A stretch of DNA of 64,000 bases from an uncultured bacterium (GCA_903824675.1 CAIJXV010000116.1:111379-175378), one strand, 5' to 3'. Shown: positions 20,501 through 30,783, numbered from the stretch's first letter. Notes: generated by a model from the sequence alone, not told the origin. Translations and numbers: made by a program.

Positions 20501-22398
20501 TGCTGTCCTTGCCAGGTTACCTGAACTCCATCCCCTTCGAATTCAAGGGTGAACGCCTGTCGTTCATCCACCTTTTGTGGCACCAGTAAGGCATAGAAAT
20601 CCAAGGTTCGGGTCCGGGCACTCGTCTTGAGGTCCAGACACGGCACACCGGGCCCTTCCGGCAATTCCGTCGGCCCCATCCTTACACTGGATTCCAACGG
20701 GAAGGCGGCAAGGGTCTGCAATCGCAACTGGGCCGGTCCGTTATGAAACACCGCGCCCTGCGACAGCCGTTCAATGCTGCCACCGGAATGGAAGTGCCAT
20801 TCCAACGCCTGGGGCGGCTCGGATTCCAGTTCAATGAAATCATGAAGTAAAAAAAATCGCCTCTCGATGAACGCCAGGGTTCGATCAAATCTCCGGATCC
20901 GTCCGGGATAGGCGTGGAACACGCGCCCGGTCGCGATCACGGCGCCGGCTTCTTGCCGTAACCGTTCGAAAAGGCCGTAAACCGTGCCCCATTGTCCCGC
21001 CCGTAAACGGCGACACCATTGGCTGTTATCCAAGGTGATCGCCTGCTCGTCGCTCCCCGCCAGCAGGGTATTATGACAGAGGGCTTTGCGCCGGGGGTCC
21101 TGGGAATTGCTGTAATCGTATTTGCCCAGTTCAACCAGCAGGCGCCGACCATAAGCCGACACGGTTAAACTGTTGAGGTGCTGGTGATTGTGATGGGTAT
21201 TCGCGGGGCCGTTCAACCATAAGGCGTGAATCGCTTCAGAATCCCAGTCGCTCCGCATCGCCAGATGTTGGATACCGGAAAACAAACCGACCGTTTCGTT
21301 CCGGGAGGGCCGGAGGGCCGGGAGTTCCGGATCGTAAAAAATCAGGTAAAAAAGCGAATATTCCAGATTCTCGCCGTCCTCCCCCCACTCCACCTGGAGC
21401 AGACTCCGGGCCAGCCATTGCCAGTCCGTCCGCTGACAATAGGTGGCCAGGAAGGGAATGGCCGGCCATAAATGGGTGGATGCAAACCCGTCCGCGGTGT
21501 TGGCGCATTCGCGAAAGCCGGGCAGAATATGATGTTGAATGTAATTGCCGGTCCCGATGATGAACGGCAATTGCAAGGCGTCCAACCCCTTCAATCGCTT
21601 CAAGGGAACCAGTCCCAACAGGACATGGCGCAAATAATAATTCCAATAGAGCGGACTTTCAGGATATCCGCCTTCCGGACAAAATGAGGAGAGGGTCCGG
21701 CGCAATTGCATCACGGCCGCCGCCAACGCCTCACGGGTGTCGCGCCCGTCCTCAAACACCAACGCGGCCATCGCCAACGGCCCGTTCAAAACCCCCATCC
21801 CGTTGGTGGTGTATCGCGATGAATTCGGAACCGTGTCGGGCACATCGATCAAGGAGGACATCAGACCGGTCGTCACCGGACCACACTTCAAGGATTCGCG
21901 TTCCTCATCGGTCAGATGGGGATACACCCCCTCGCGAATATCCATCAGCGCCGGCTCGATCCCCTTCTTGAAACAAGCCTCCTCGATCGCCAGCCGCTCG
22001 GCAGGTGATAACGCGTCATAGGCCCAATCGTAGACGAGGGATAGTTCAGCCAAGGCCGCGCCGGTGGCCAACCCAGCCCGGACCGATCGGGCGGGGTTCC
22101 GCTCACTCGCCATGAGCCAATCCGGCAGGTCAACGGTCACTCGTGCCAGCCGCCGGGCGGCATCGGCGAATTCCCGCCGACCGGTTATCAGATAGGCGAA
22201 GGCCAAATGAGCGGCCCGAACATGGCGGGTGTGAACGGGACTGGGCGTCCCTTCGGCCATGGCCTCACAGGCCCGCAACAGGCGATCCCAAGTCGGCTGA
22301 CAATCGGGATGGGCGAGTTTTTTGCGAATTGCGGGCAGGTCATCCACGCTGAAAAATAAACGGGGATGGACACCCATGGTGTTAGAGAGTCGACTCAT
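20455..22398 (-). CDS. Heparinase II/III-like protein
   Basis: 647 aa; N-terminal HPRLFFSVDDLPAIRKK and central NHQHLNSLTV...LVELGKYDY resemble heparinase II/III toroid + C-terminal domain; from recall. Confidence 0.5.
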   Translation of the reverse strand: MSRLSNTMGVHPRLFFSVDDLPAIRKKLAHPDCQPTWDRLLRACEAMAEGTPSPVHTRHVRAAHLAFAYLITGRREFADAARRLARVTVDLPDWLMASERNPARSVRAGLATGAALAELSLVYDWAYDALSPAERLAIEEACFKKGIEPALMDIREGVYPHLTDEERESLKCGPVTTGLMSSLIDVPDTVPNSSRYTTNGMGVLNGPLAMAALVFEDGRDTREALAAAVMQLRRTLSSFCPEGGYPESPLYWNYYLRHVLLGLVPLKRLKGLDALQLPFIIGTGNYIQHHILPGFRECANTADGFASTHLWPAIPFLATYCQRTDWQWLARSLLQVEWGEDGENLEYSLFYLIFYDPELPALRPSRNETVGLFSGIQHLAMRSDWDSEAIHALWLNGPANTHHNHQHLNSLTVSAYGRRLLVELGKYDYSNSQDPRRKALCHNTLLAGSDEQAITLDNSQWCRRLRAGQWGTVYGLFERLRQEAGAVIATGRVFHAYPGRIRRFDRTLAFIERRFFLLHDFIELESEPPQALEWHFHSGGSIERLSQGAVFHNGPAQLRLQTLAAFPLESSVRMGPTELPEGPGVPCLDLKTSARTRTLDFYALLVPQKVDERQAFTLEFEGDGVQVTWQGQQWQYDPTLRKLATIF

Positions 22399-24374
22399 GG
22401 CACCTCGGTTTCAATGACGAGCAGGGCTTGGACATCCAAGCGCGGGATTTCACATCGAACCGTGCCCCCAATATATTCAAAGGGCACGTCGCGTCGGTCA
22501 GGGACCAGATACACTTTCGTCGGCGCCACGGGCATCCGAACTCGCAGTGGGATCCCAAACAACGGCGGAATCGCCTCGATCGTTTCGGGTGCCAGCCCCC
22601 GCTTGGTCGCCGCATAATTGACCAAATGAACCACCTGTCGCCCTCCCTGCCTCATCAGGCCCACCTCCAGCATGGGCCGGAGTCCCACCGAAATCAAGCG
22701 GTCGGACAACAAGGTCTCCAGGCATCGGGCAAAAATCTGGCGGCAGTGAGTATCTCCATCCCGGTGATAGGCCGCAAACAGCGGAGCGGCACAATACATC
22801 AATCGGCCTTTGCGGATCAGCGCCGGATAAAGTCCTGGCCGGTCGGGAGGCGACTGGTGATGCGAGGTGAAATGCTCTGGAGTCCGCTCAAAATAGGGCA
22901 GAATGGTTTGAGCCAACGAGTCGCAACCAGCGCCGGCAATCACCTGCCGGAACGCATATCGAATGACATAATCGAAGGGTTCTACCGCTCCCCGAAAAGA
23001 TTCAGCCAGCCGGATGTAATTCGCCGTCGTCTCGGTCAATCCGTGATCGATCAGCGGCAGGGCTTCCAGGGCAAACCGACCGTCCCGCTCCGCCCACCCG
23101 CCGTCCCCTACCGCCAGAACGGCGCCACCGGTCTTGACGAAGGCATTCAACTTGCCGATCGTGCCCTCATCCAGCCGCCGGTTATCCGCCAAAATCAATA
23201 ATCGATAGGGAGAAAAATCGGCGGCACGATCGATCAGGTTGAATTGCACCTGGCTCTCAACCAGCATCCGGGTCGCACCCCACACGGCATCGGACGCCTT
23301 GGCAATTCCGAAGTCGGTCCAATCATCATCGACCAGAATCGCCGCCTCGGTGATCGGCACGGATCCCAGACACCATTCCTCGCACTCTTTCACCGCCTCA
23401 AAAGCGGATCCAATCCGCCGGTAAACCAACGGATCCAGCGTGCCCCGCGGATGCAGTTGATCGCCCACAGAACATCCGGCCCCATTCGCCAGCATGGTCG
23501 AGGTTTCCCACCGGAGTTGGGTTTCATTTTTTACGCTTCCGAAATCCGCCCAGATCCGATGAAACCGGGGCGTGACCCCGCGGACGGGAAGGCCAAAGGT
23601 GCGGGCATGCCGGACAAACATTGGAAAGTAGAGATATCCCCGCTCGGAGGGGGTACACTCAATTTCAAAACCGGTAATATGAGGTAATCCACCCCGGGGA
23701 TTCAGCCGCACCTGCGAATTATATTCGATATCCACCCCGGGCTTCAGGGATCGGATCAGGGATGAGCATTTATCCAGAAATCCGTAGACCGAGGCGGCGG
23801 TGAATTTGAAGGCGTCCTCTTCGCTGGCATAGGAAAGACCCATCGCCTTGATTTTTTCGCGACACCACCGGCAATAACAGGCGTTGTCATCCAAATGGAT
23901 CATATCAAACCACAGGCCATCGACCTCGTAATTTTCGGTCACTTCACGGACCTGGGGCAACAGCATCTCTTCGATATACGGGCTATTGAGACAGACCGTC
24001 GCCCACCGGTCTCCAGGAATCTTATGGCGGGGAGTGCCATCCGGTCCCAGTTGCTGCCACTCGGGATGGAGTCGGGCCGCCTCCTCTTCCCAAACGACAC
24101 TCAGATAGGCGCTGACCGCGATATCGCGCTTATGGCAGGCCTCGATCTGGGCGCGGAGCAGATCGAAGGTTAACGATGGATGGCGCCGTCCCTGGCGGGC
24201 GTTGTAATAACACATGCCATGATGGCATTTGGCAAAACACACCACGTAATTCACCGCTGCCCGGGAGAGATCATCCGCAAACCGATCGGCCTCGAATTCC
24301 GATCCAACATCGGGAATCAAGGGTGAATTGTGGAAATCGAGATGAATCTTGCGCAACCGATCGCGTGTTTCCAT
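22395..24374 (-). CDS. GH42/GHL6-like glycoside hydrolase
   Basis: IHLDFHNS and GLWFDM barrel motifs; Cys cluster CYCRWCREK; C-terminal beta-galactosidase-trimerisation-like segment (AAILVDDDW). Confidence 0.45.
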   Translation of the reverse strand: METRDRLRKIHLDFHNSPLIPDVGSEFEADRFADDLSRAAVNYVVCFAKCHHGMCYYNARQGRRHPSLTFDLLRAQIEACHKRDIAVSAYLSVVWEEEAARLHPEWQQLGPDGTPRHKIPGDRWATVCLNSPYIEEMLLPQVREVTENYEVDGLWFDMIHLDDNACYCRWCREKIKAMGLSYASEEDAFKFTAASVYGFLDKCSSLIRSLKPGVDIEYNSQVRLNPRGGLPHITGFEIECTPSERGYLYFPMFVRHARTFGLPVRGVTPRFHRIWADFGSVKNETQLRWETSTMLANGAGCSVGDQLHPRGTLDPLVYRRIGSAFEAVKECEEWCLGSVPITEAAILVDDDWTDFGIAKASDAVWGATRMLVESQVQFNLIDRAADFSPYRLLILADNRRLDEGTIGKLNAFVKTGGAVLAVGDGGWAERDGRFALEALPLIDHGLTETTANYIRLAESFRGAVEPFDYVIRYAFRQVIAGAGCDSLAQTILPYFERTPEHFTSHHQSPPDRPGLYPALIRKGRLMYCAAPLFAAYHRDGDTHCRQIFARCLETLLSDRLISVGLRPMLEVGLMRQGGRQVVHLVNYAATKRGLAPETIEAIPPLFGIPLRVRMPVAPTKVYLVPDRRDVPFEYIGGTVRCEIPRLDVQALLVIETEVP

Positions 24375-24932
24375 GGAGTCCCCAATCGCTTGTTAGCCGC
24401 GCCCTTTCAGGGCATCAAATGGGTTTATAATAGCGCAAAATCCTGCGCTTTGACCAGATACAAAAAAACGGAATTCGTCAGCCACCCTAAGCAAGACGGG
24501 GTCTTCACGCAGGCGACATGAAGGATGTCATTATGGTCCGGGCTGATCTGCGACCGAATGTTCGGACTTCATCGCTCTGAATCGCCAAACCAGACACACC
24601 AGCGTCACCTCGATCACCATGACTGCACTCGCAGCGATAACGCACATTCCGGCAAGCTGTTGTTCCGCTCGAAGGTCAGAAGGCATCAATTCCCTCTTGC
24701 CCTAATCGAGTAGCCGGGAGAGATATTCCTCTTGAATAAATATTATTAAACAAGCAAGCCGCTATTCCGGCGCGATTTGATTTCTTATGAATAGTTTAGG
24801 CGAGTGCCCCTGTCAATCACGCACTCGTGGCGCTATATCCTGACCGAATTTGACAGGTCGATAGAATCTTAATCGACAGAGAACCTCTGGCCCCAACATC
24901 CCGTCCCTTGATCTCTGGCGACGATCGGTTCC

Positions 24933-25799
24933 TTACTTGCCCGAAACTTCAGTGGTCGTCCCCGGGGGCAGAACCGCCGGAGTCGTCACCGCAGGCGCAA
25001 CGGGATCCGCAGGCACGGCTGGCGCAATCGCCGCGGGAGGAGTCGGCAAGGCAGGTGCGGCAACCACCTGAGCAGCCACAGGCGGAGCCGGAACAACTGG
25101 AGCCGGGGTTACGGGAGCGGGGGCAGGAGTGGTGACCACAGGGGCCACGGGAGCCGCAGGGGCGTTATCCGGAATCACGTTCGCCGGGGGAGTCGGGGCT
25201 TGAACAGGCTCAACGGCCGAAGGCAAAACCACCGGGCGCAGTTCGCCTTTCGGCGGAGGCTGTTGGCGGTACCATTCTTGTCCAGGCGGCCCATATTTGC
25301 CCCAGCGACGACGGCTGGCATTGGAATCCGTCAGGGACAAACCGTATTTTCCAGCGAACCATTTCCAGTCCTGATCATTGAAATCAAACAGGGCTCCACA
25401 TTGATTCACCAAGGTGGAAATATCCAGAGCCCGAACACGAACGGTCTTTCGGCACCAATCGGGAGCGGTTTGGAACATGGTCGGCAACAAGTTGTCGTCC
25501 CCCACCAGGACCACCATCTCAGGAGCACCCAACAGGAACGTACCGGAGAAATAGGCCGCCGGCGCCATCGGAACCCATTCGCGGCCATTCCAAAGATGCA
25601 CCAACAGATCCGACCCCACCTGCTGGTAGGAAATCAGGGTAACCCCCTCCCGGTAAATCAAGTCGAATCCGAACTCCACGACTCGTTGACGGGCAGGCAG
25701 TACGACGAGGGAAGATGGAGCATCAATCCCACGGCTCCAAATATTCCCCGCCACCAAAACAATCAGACAAACCCCAAAAATAATTTTCCGCATAGTCAT
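24933..25799 (-). CDS. Secreted protein with Pro/Ala/Val/Thr-rich low-complexity C-terminal tail
   Basis: Start set at MTMRKII (AGGAGG RBS 7 nt upstream); signal peptide; C-terminal ~90 aa of PAPV-type repeats. Confidence 0.6.
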   Translation of the reverse strand: MTMRKIIFGVCLIVLVAGNIWSRGIDAPSSLVVLPARQRVVEFGFDLIYREGVTLISYQQVGSDLLVHLWNGREWVPMAPAAYFSGTFLLGAPEMVVLVGDDNLLPTMFQTAPDWCRKTVRVRALDISTLVNQCGALFDFNDQDWKWFAGKYGLSLTDSNASRRRWGKYGPPGQEWYRQQPPPKGELRPVVLPSAVEPVQAPTPPANVIPDNAPAAPVAPVVTTPAPAPVTPAPVVPAPPVAAQVVAAPALPTPPAAIAPAVPADPVAPAVTTPAVLPPGTTTEVSGK

Positions 25800-25979
25800 G
25801 GTTATTCCTCCTAAAATCAATGAATCTGTTATACGCCCCGAACCCTTGGCGTACAAGCTTAATCACATCCATCGCATCATACGGGGCATACGCGATAAGT
25901 TGCCCGATTGAGGGCACCGCCCAAAAGCCGGCGAGTGCCCCTTCCTCACGTGGCGTGTGGGCCTTTCAATGCGAGACAC

Positions 25980-27197
25980 CTACTTTGCCAATAATTTCCG
26001 AAACGCCTCGGTCAAGCGCGGCACCACTTCAAAGAGATCCCCGACAATTCCGTAGGTCGCCATCTTGAAAATCGGCGCATCGGGATCTTTATTGATCGCC
26101 ACTATGATATCCGACGAAGACATTCCAGCCAGATGCTGGATTTGTCCGCTAATCCCGCACGCGATATAAATTTTAGGACAAACGGTTTTGCCGGTCTGCC
26201 CGACCTGGTGCGAATAGGCAATCCAGTTGGAATCGACAGCTGCCCGGGAGGCGCCGACGGCTCCACCTAAAACCCCGGCCAGATCCCGCAAGAGATCAAA
26301 ATTCTCGGGCTTCTGCATGCCCCGTCCTCCGGAGACGATGATATTCGCCTCCGCGATGTTGGCGCTTTTTTCCTTTTCCGGCTCAAACCGGATCCGGCGG
26401 GCCCTGCATTGGAGCAGGGCCTGCGACAACGTCTCAACCAAAACCTGCCCCTTCCGTCCGGGAATAATCTCGGCTTCCTTCATCACCTTGTGCCGCACAG
26501 TGGCCATCTGGGGCCGGGCATTCGGCGTGATGATGGTCGCCATGATGTTCCCCCCGAACGCCGGCCGGGTCTGCAGTAATTCGTGGGTGGTCGGATCGAT
26601 GGCCAGCGCGGTACAATCGGCCGTTAGACCCGCCCGGACCGTCACTGCGACACGGGACAACACACTGCGGCCAATAGTCGTCGCACCGCAGAGGAAGATG
26701 GCGGGTTTATGGCGCCGGATCAATTCCGACAGAACGGCGGCATACGCCTCATCCTGGAAACTGGCCAACTCCGGTTGATCGGCTACGATCACCAGATCCG
26801 CCCCGCGCGCGATCAACTCGTCGGTCCGCCCCTGGATTCCGCTTCCCAATAAAACGGCACTCAGTTTCATTCCCAACTGATCAGCCAGTTTGCGCCCTTC
26901 GCCGAGCAGTTCGAAAGTGATCGACTGGGGAACCCCGTCGTGTTGTTCGGCAAAAATCCAGACGCCCTTGTAGTCGTCCAAAGTTACGGTGGTCGACGGA
27001 GCCGGCTTGGCCTGAATCGTAATCGCATCGAATTTACAGGCTTCCTTGCAGGCGCCGCACAGGGTGCACTTGTGCAGATCGATGACCGGGAAGGACTTTT
27101 TTTCCGCCTGGGCGATGGCGCCGAACGGGCAGGCCTTGACACAGGCGCCACAGCGCACGCATTTGTCGTTAATGATTTGAATCGGTTCGTCCGTCAT
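25980..27197 (-). CDS. etfA: Electron transfer flavoprotein alpha subunit with N-terminal 2x[4Fe-4S] ferredoxin domain (FixB-type)
   Basis: Cys clusters CVRCGACVKACP and CTLCGACKEACK; ETF-alpha FAD region PKIYIACGISGQIQHLAG. Confidence 0.88.
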   Translation of the reverse strand: MTDEPIQIINDKCVRCGACVKACPFGAIAQAEKKSFPVIDLHKCTLCGACKEACKFDAITIQAKPAPSTTVTLDDYKGVWIFAEQHDGVPQSITFELLGEGRKLADQLGMKLSAVLLGSGIQGRTDELIARGADLVIVADQPELASFQDEAYAAVLSELIRRHKPAIFLCGATTIGRSVLSRVAVTVRAGLTADCTALAIDPTTHELLQTRPAFGGNIMATIITPNARPQMATVRHKVMKEAEIIPGRKGQVLVETLSQALLQCRARRIRFEPEKEKSANIAEANIIVSGGRGMQKPENFDLLRDLAGVLGGAVGASRAAVDSNWIAYSHQVGQTGKTVCPKIYIACGISGQIQHLAGMSSSDIIVAINKDPDAPIFKMATYGIVGDLFEVVPRLTEAFRKLLAK

Positions 27198-27213
27198 GGG
27201 GTATCCTCATTCC

Positions 27214-28011
27214 TCAGGCTTGGGCGCTCAATACCGTATCTTTGATTTTTTCGACCAATTGGGAAACCACCTGGTGGGTTTCGCCCGTCAACATCTGGCC
27301 GCCTTTGCGGGCCGGCGGGGTAAAAATCCGGAGCACCTTGGTCGGCGAGCCGGTCAAGCCAAGACACTGGGGATCGCAACCGATATCGGCCGCCTTCCAA
27401 ACCGTGATCTGGGCCTTTTTGGCGTTCATTTTGCCCTTCAGGGAGGGCAGACGGGGCTCATTCAACTCCTTCACCACAGTCAATACGCATGGGAGGGGGG
27501 AGTCCACCACCTCAACGCCATCCTCCAACAAACGCTCGGCGACGATATGCTTATCGTCCTGGGCTTCAACCCGGCGCACATAGGTGATCTGGGGTAGATC
27601 GAGATGGGCGGCAATGCCCGGTCCCACCTGGGCCGTATCGCCATCCGAGGCCTGCTTGCCGCAAATAATGACCTGGTAATCGCCCATCTTGCGCAAGGCC
27701 ATGGACAGCGTGTAGCTGGTCGCCCAAGTATCGCTCCCGGCAAAGGCCCGGTCAGACAATAAAATTCCCTCGTCAGCCCCCATCGCGATCGCTTCGCGCA
27801 AGACCGCCTCAGCTTGGGGCGGGCCCATGCTCAACGCCGTGACCGTTCCCGATCCCAGCCGGGCTTTCATCCGGATCGCCTCTTCGATGGCATACATATC
27901 GAAGGGATTGACAATCGATACAACCCCTTCCCGCATAAGGGTATGGGTCTCTGGATTGATTTTGACATCCGTCGTCTCCGGCACCTGCTTGATGCAGACT
28001 ACAAATCGCAT
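27214..28011 (-). CDS. etfB: Electron transfer flavoprotein beta subunit (FixA-type)
   Basis: MRFVVCIKQVPETTDVKINPETHTLMREGV N-terminus; 265 aa. Confidence 0.88.
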   Translation of the reverse strand: MRFVVCIKQVPETTDVKINPETHTLMREGVVSIVNPFDMYAIEEAIRMKARLGSGTVTALSMGPPQAEAVLREAIAMGADEGILLSDRAFAGSDTWATSYTLSMALRKMGDYQVIICGKQASDGDTAQVGPGIAAHLDLPQITYVRRVEAQDDKHIVAERLLEDGVEVVDSPLPCVLTVVKELNEPRLPSLKGKMNAKKAQITVWKAADIGCDPQCLGLTGSPTKVLRIFTPPARKGGQMLTGETHQVVSQLVEKIKDTVLSAQA

Positions 28012-28030
28012 GGGCCATTCTCCTCTGAAC

Positions 28031-28226
28031 CGGTTAACCGAAATCCCGCGCCGGCCACAACGCCGTCAACCAGAACCCTTTACCCGGCGAATTAAACCGC
28101 GAAAGTATAACGGCTAACCGGCAGAATGCAAGGGGAATGCACAACCGTTTAACCAGTCGCAAGCCAAGTCAGCCTGGCAAGAAACCGTAGCAGTTAGTGT
28201 CCAGCAAAGCAGCTAGCGGCTAACCG
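28031..28226. promoter_or_regulatory. Array of CGGYTAACCG palindromic motifs in the etfB upstream region
   Basis: cggttaaccg 28031-28040, cggctaaccg 28111-28120, ccgtttaaccag 28145-28156, cggctaaccg 28217-28226, plus a weaker attaaaccgc 28091-28100. Confidence 0.4.
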
Positions 28227-28254
28227 ATTTAGGATCTCTGGCCCTCTATCCGCT

Positions 28255-28947
28255 TCACTTTCGACGCTGAACGCGGCGCAAATTTCGGTCAGTGGGTGTG
28301 GCTTCCGCTTTGTTTCCATCTTTCATTACTCGAAGGATCTTCCGAACGGGTTGATCAAGACTGGTTGAGTAGGCAACGCAGACGGAAAAAGTCAGCGCCC
28401 AACTCATGTGCGCTGAATACTGGCAGTAAGCGAAAATACAGGAAAGAACGGTAATGCCAAGCACAATTTCCGGCATCGCGGCGTTATCATCGATTACCGC
28501 ATCTTGTGGAGCTAAAGCCATCAGGTAAAGTAATACAACACCAGAAATGATGTTCCAAAGCGGGAAAAGGGACCACCCATGCCACTGTTCATCAAACAGT
28601 TCCATGCCGCACGCAACTCCTGCGATACCGTTCGTTGCCATGGCAAAGGCCCCCATCCACGTTTTCTCAAGGGGGGTCTTAGGTCGGGAGGAAAAAGCAT
28701 GAAAGACAGAAAGCCCCAAGCCTCCAACGATAACCGCTGCCCACATCAGAAAATATCCCGGACCAGGCTTCCCAGGTTCGGCGAACAAACCTGCAATCTG
28801 GTGCCTGAGGCCCGAATCCACGACCAAGAGGGCCACCGATGTCGCTGACATCAGTAACAGCGATACCTCGTCGTAAGACGGTTTTACCCAGCGGAGGAAG
28901 CCATTAGCGATTTGTCCCATTGGTTTCCCGTTCATGTTCTGAGGCAT
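28255..28947 (-). CDS. Hypothetical polytopic membrane protein
   Basis: 230 aa, 5-6 predicted TM helices; region appears lower-GC by eye. Confidence 0.5.
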   Translation of the reverse strand: MPQNMNGKPMGQIANGFLRWVKPSYDEVSLLLMSATSVALLVVDSGLRHQIAGLFAEPGKPGPGYFLMWAAVIVGGLGLSVFHAFSSRPKTPLEKTWMGAFAMATNGIAGVACGMELFDEQWHGWSLFPLWNIISGVVLLYLMALAPQDAVIDDNAAMPEIVLGITVLSCIFAYCQYSAHMSWALTFSVCVAYSTSLDQPVRKILRVMKDGNKAEATPTDRNLRRVQRRK

Positions 28948-29007
28948 AACGTACCGTTTACCCCGCGGCGAAGGGGCGATCCATCGCGGTCAACGAACGG
29001 GTTCGGC

Positions 29008-29292
29008 TCAGGCTGTTTTTGCACGCCCCTGCCGCATCTCAGCCTCGACCTTTTCAGCCAGAAACACCTTGAGTAGTGATTGGTATGGCACATCGCGCTT
29101 ATGGGCCAGAACTTTAAGCGCAGCGATGATCGACTCCGGCAAACGGAGCGAGATCGTCTTGGTAGAAGGCTTGAGCTTGGGAAAAACCGCCGGCTTTGCC
29201 TTGGACCAATCAATATATTCCGTGGAATCATGGGTTGCCCAGAATGCCCGTTCAGCATCCTCATTCTTAAACGTCGGGATCTGCTTTTTCAT
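29008..29292 (-). CDS. brnA: BrnA antitoxin (type II toxin-antitoxin, RHH-like)
   Basis: MKKQIPTFKNEDAERAFWATHDSTEYIDW is the characteristic BrnA N-terminus; 4-nt overlap with the upstream brnT. Confidence 0.7.
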   Translation of the reverse strand: MKKQIPTFKNEDAERAFWATHDSTEYIDWSKAKPAVFPKLKPSTKTISLRLPESIIAALKVLAHKRDVPYQSLLKVFLAEKVEAEMRQGRAKTA

Positions 29293-29594
29293 ACTCGGTA
29301 AACCTTCCTTTCCTTCCGACTCATGTCACGAGCCGATACGATACGCAAGCGTCTGCCTCGGATCGTGAACGCGACAAACAACTCTCGACGTCCGTCCGTC
29401 TGCCCAAGGGCATAAAAGCGTTTCTCGCCTTGAGAATGTATCTCATCGGCCCCCACTAGGAGAGGCGAGTTAAAAAACACCTGTTCGGCATCCAAAGGAG
29501 AGACATGATGCCGAATCCAGTTTTTATCGGCATTGCCTCCGCTCCAGTCGAATCCCTCGAACTCCGGCACGGTTATTGGTTCGATCATGTTCAT
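29289..29594 (-). CDS. brnT: BrnT toxin (DUF497/COG2929 RNase)
   Basis: 101 aa; FEGFDWSGGNADKNWIRHHVSPLDAEQVFFN...RRLRIVSARDMSRKE matches BrnT; toxin-first order. Confidence 0.7.
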   Translation of the reverse strand: MNMIEPITVPEFEGFDWSGGNADKNWIRHHVSPLDAEQVFFNSPLLVGADEIHSQGEKRFYALGQTDGRRELFVAFTIRGRRLRIVSARDMSRKERKVYRV

Positions 29595-29790
29595 ACTGTA
29601 TACGATGACGGTATACGCATCAAGTCTGATTTTGAATCATGTTCATCGAAATCTTCTTTAAAAATTGGTCGCACGTCGTAGTTCCCCGCGCCAGATGACC
29701 CGGTTGACGGGCCGCCCCTGCCCGGGCGCGTCAAGCCGCGCCTTTCTTCCCTAGCGGCGTCGTGTCCACCGCCTTGTTCGGCTATGGTAA

Positions 29791-30681
29791 TCAATACATG
29801 AGATTTGCGCCGAATTCCGGGATTTCGCCTTTGTTCACAGACGCAGTCCACTCTGCGAGCCGTGCCTCTCCCATTTCCCAGAATGCGCCGCATCGTTTGA
29901 AGTACTCCAAAACGACATCCCTTTCGCCTTTTTTCAAAAGTGCCTGGGCGAGTTGCATATTGGGTCCGAAGGAATTCATTTGCGGGGAACCCTGGCTGTC
30001 GGCAGAGGCAAGGAGCCGCTTCTGGGCCTCTACAACATCACCTGCTCCCAACGCAATCAGTCCAAGCACCTGGTTCGCATCCTGAACGGCATTGCCGTAG
30101 TTCCAGTCATTTCTATAATTTGGAATGAGGCGATCCAGTTCGCTTGCCAGCACACGGGCTTTTTCCGTTTCACCCTTCCTCAACGCATTCTTCGCTGCAT
30201 GGTTCAGCGCGTAGAAACGCTCAATTTCACTCTTTGCCGCATCCAAGTCACCTTGGGCAATTTTCATTTGGCGCGTTCGATCCTCAGGCGAAATGGCTTC
30301 TCCTTCCGATCCCGTTCTATCAAGCACGAACGGAGTGGCATCGAGCAGAAGGAAACTCAAACTGGTGACTTTCATGGGGGACCCGGGTAGACTCACTTTC
30401 TGGACTATGAAACTGATCATGTCACCTTTTTGGAAATCACTACGGGCCAGAGGGTCACTGACAACCACCTCAGAATTGTTCCATTTGACCAAGTAAGCCA
30501 CAAACCGGTGTCCTCCCTCCTCGGCGGAATACACTTTTAATACGGGAGCGTCCACCGTATTGAAGGTACTCTGAACTTCTGGCGGGGGCGGAGGTGTCTG
30601 GGCTGCTACATTTGGTACTCCAAATCTTGCTATGTTTCCCATCATGATGACCCAGAGTATCGGGACGACTCGCTTTGTCAT
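29791..30681 (-). CDS. Secreted hypothetical protein (helical/TPR-like C-terminal half)
   Basis: 296 aa; signal peptide with PPPPP linker; no catalytic motif recognised. Confidence 0.5.
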   Translation of the reverse strand: MTKRVVPILWVIMMGNIARFGVPNVAAQTPPPPPEVQSTFNTVDAPVLKVYSAEEGGHRFVAYLVKWNNSEVVVSDPLARSDFQKGDMISFIVQKVSLPGSPMKVTSLSFLLLDATPFVLDRTGSEGEAISPEDRTRQMKIAQGDLDAAKSEIERFYALNHAAKNALRKGETEKARVLASELDRLIPNYRNDWNYGNAVQDANQVLGLIALGAGDVVEAQKRLLASADSQGSPQMNSFGPNMQLAQALLKKGERDVVLEYFKRCGAFWEMGEARLAEWTASVNKGEIPEFGANLMY

Positions 30682-30783
30682 TGTTTCTCCTTCTTTACTC
30701 CGACGGTGGTGCTCACAGGCGGCGCGGTTTCGCGATGTTGCGTGCGACGTCGCCGGGTTGTGTTATGCAGGTTCTCTCTCGTG

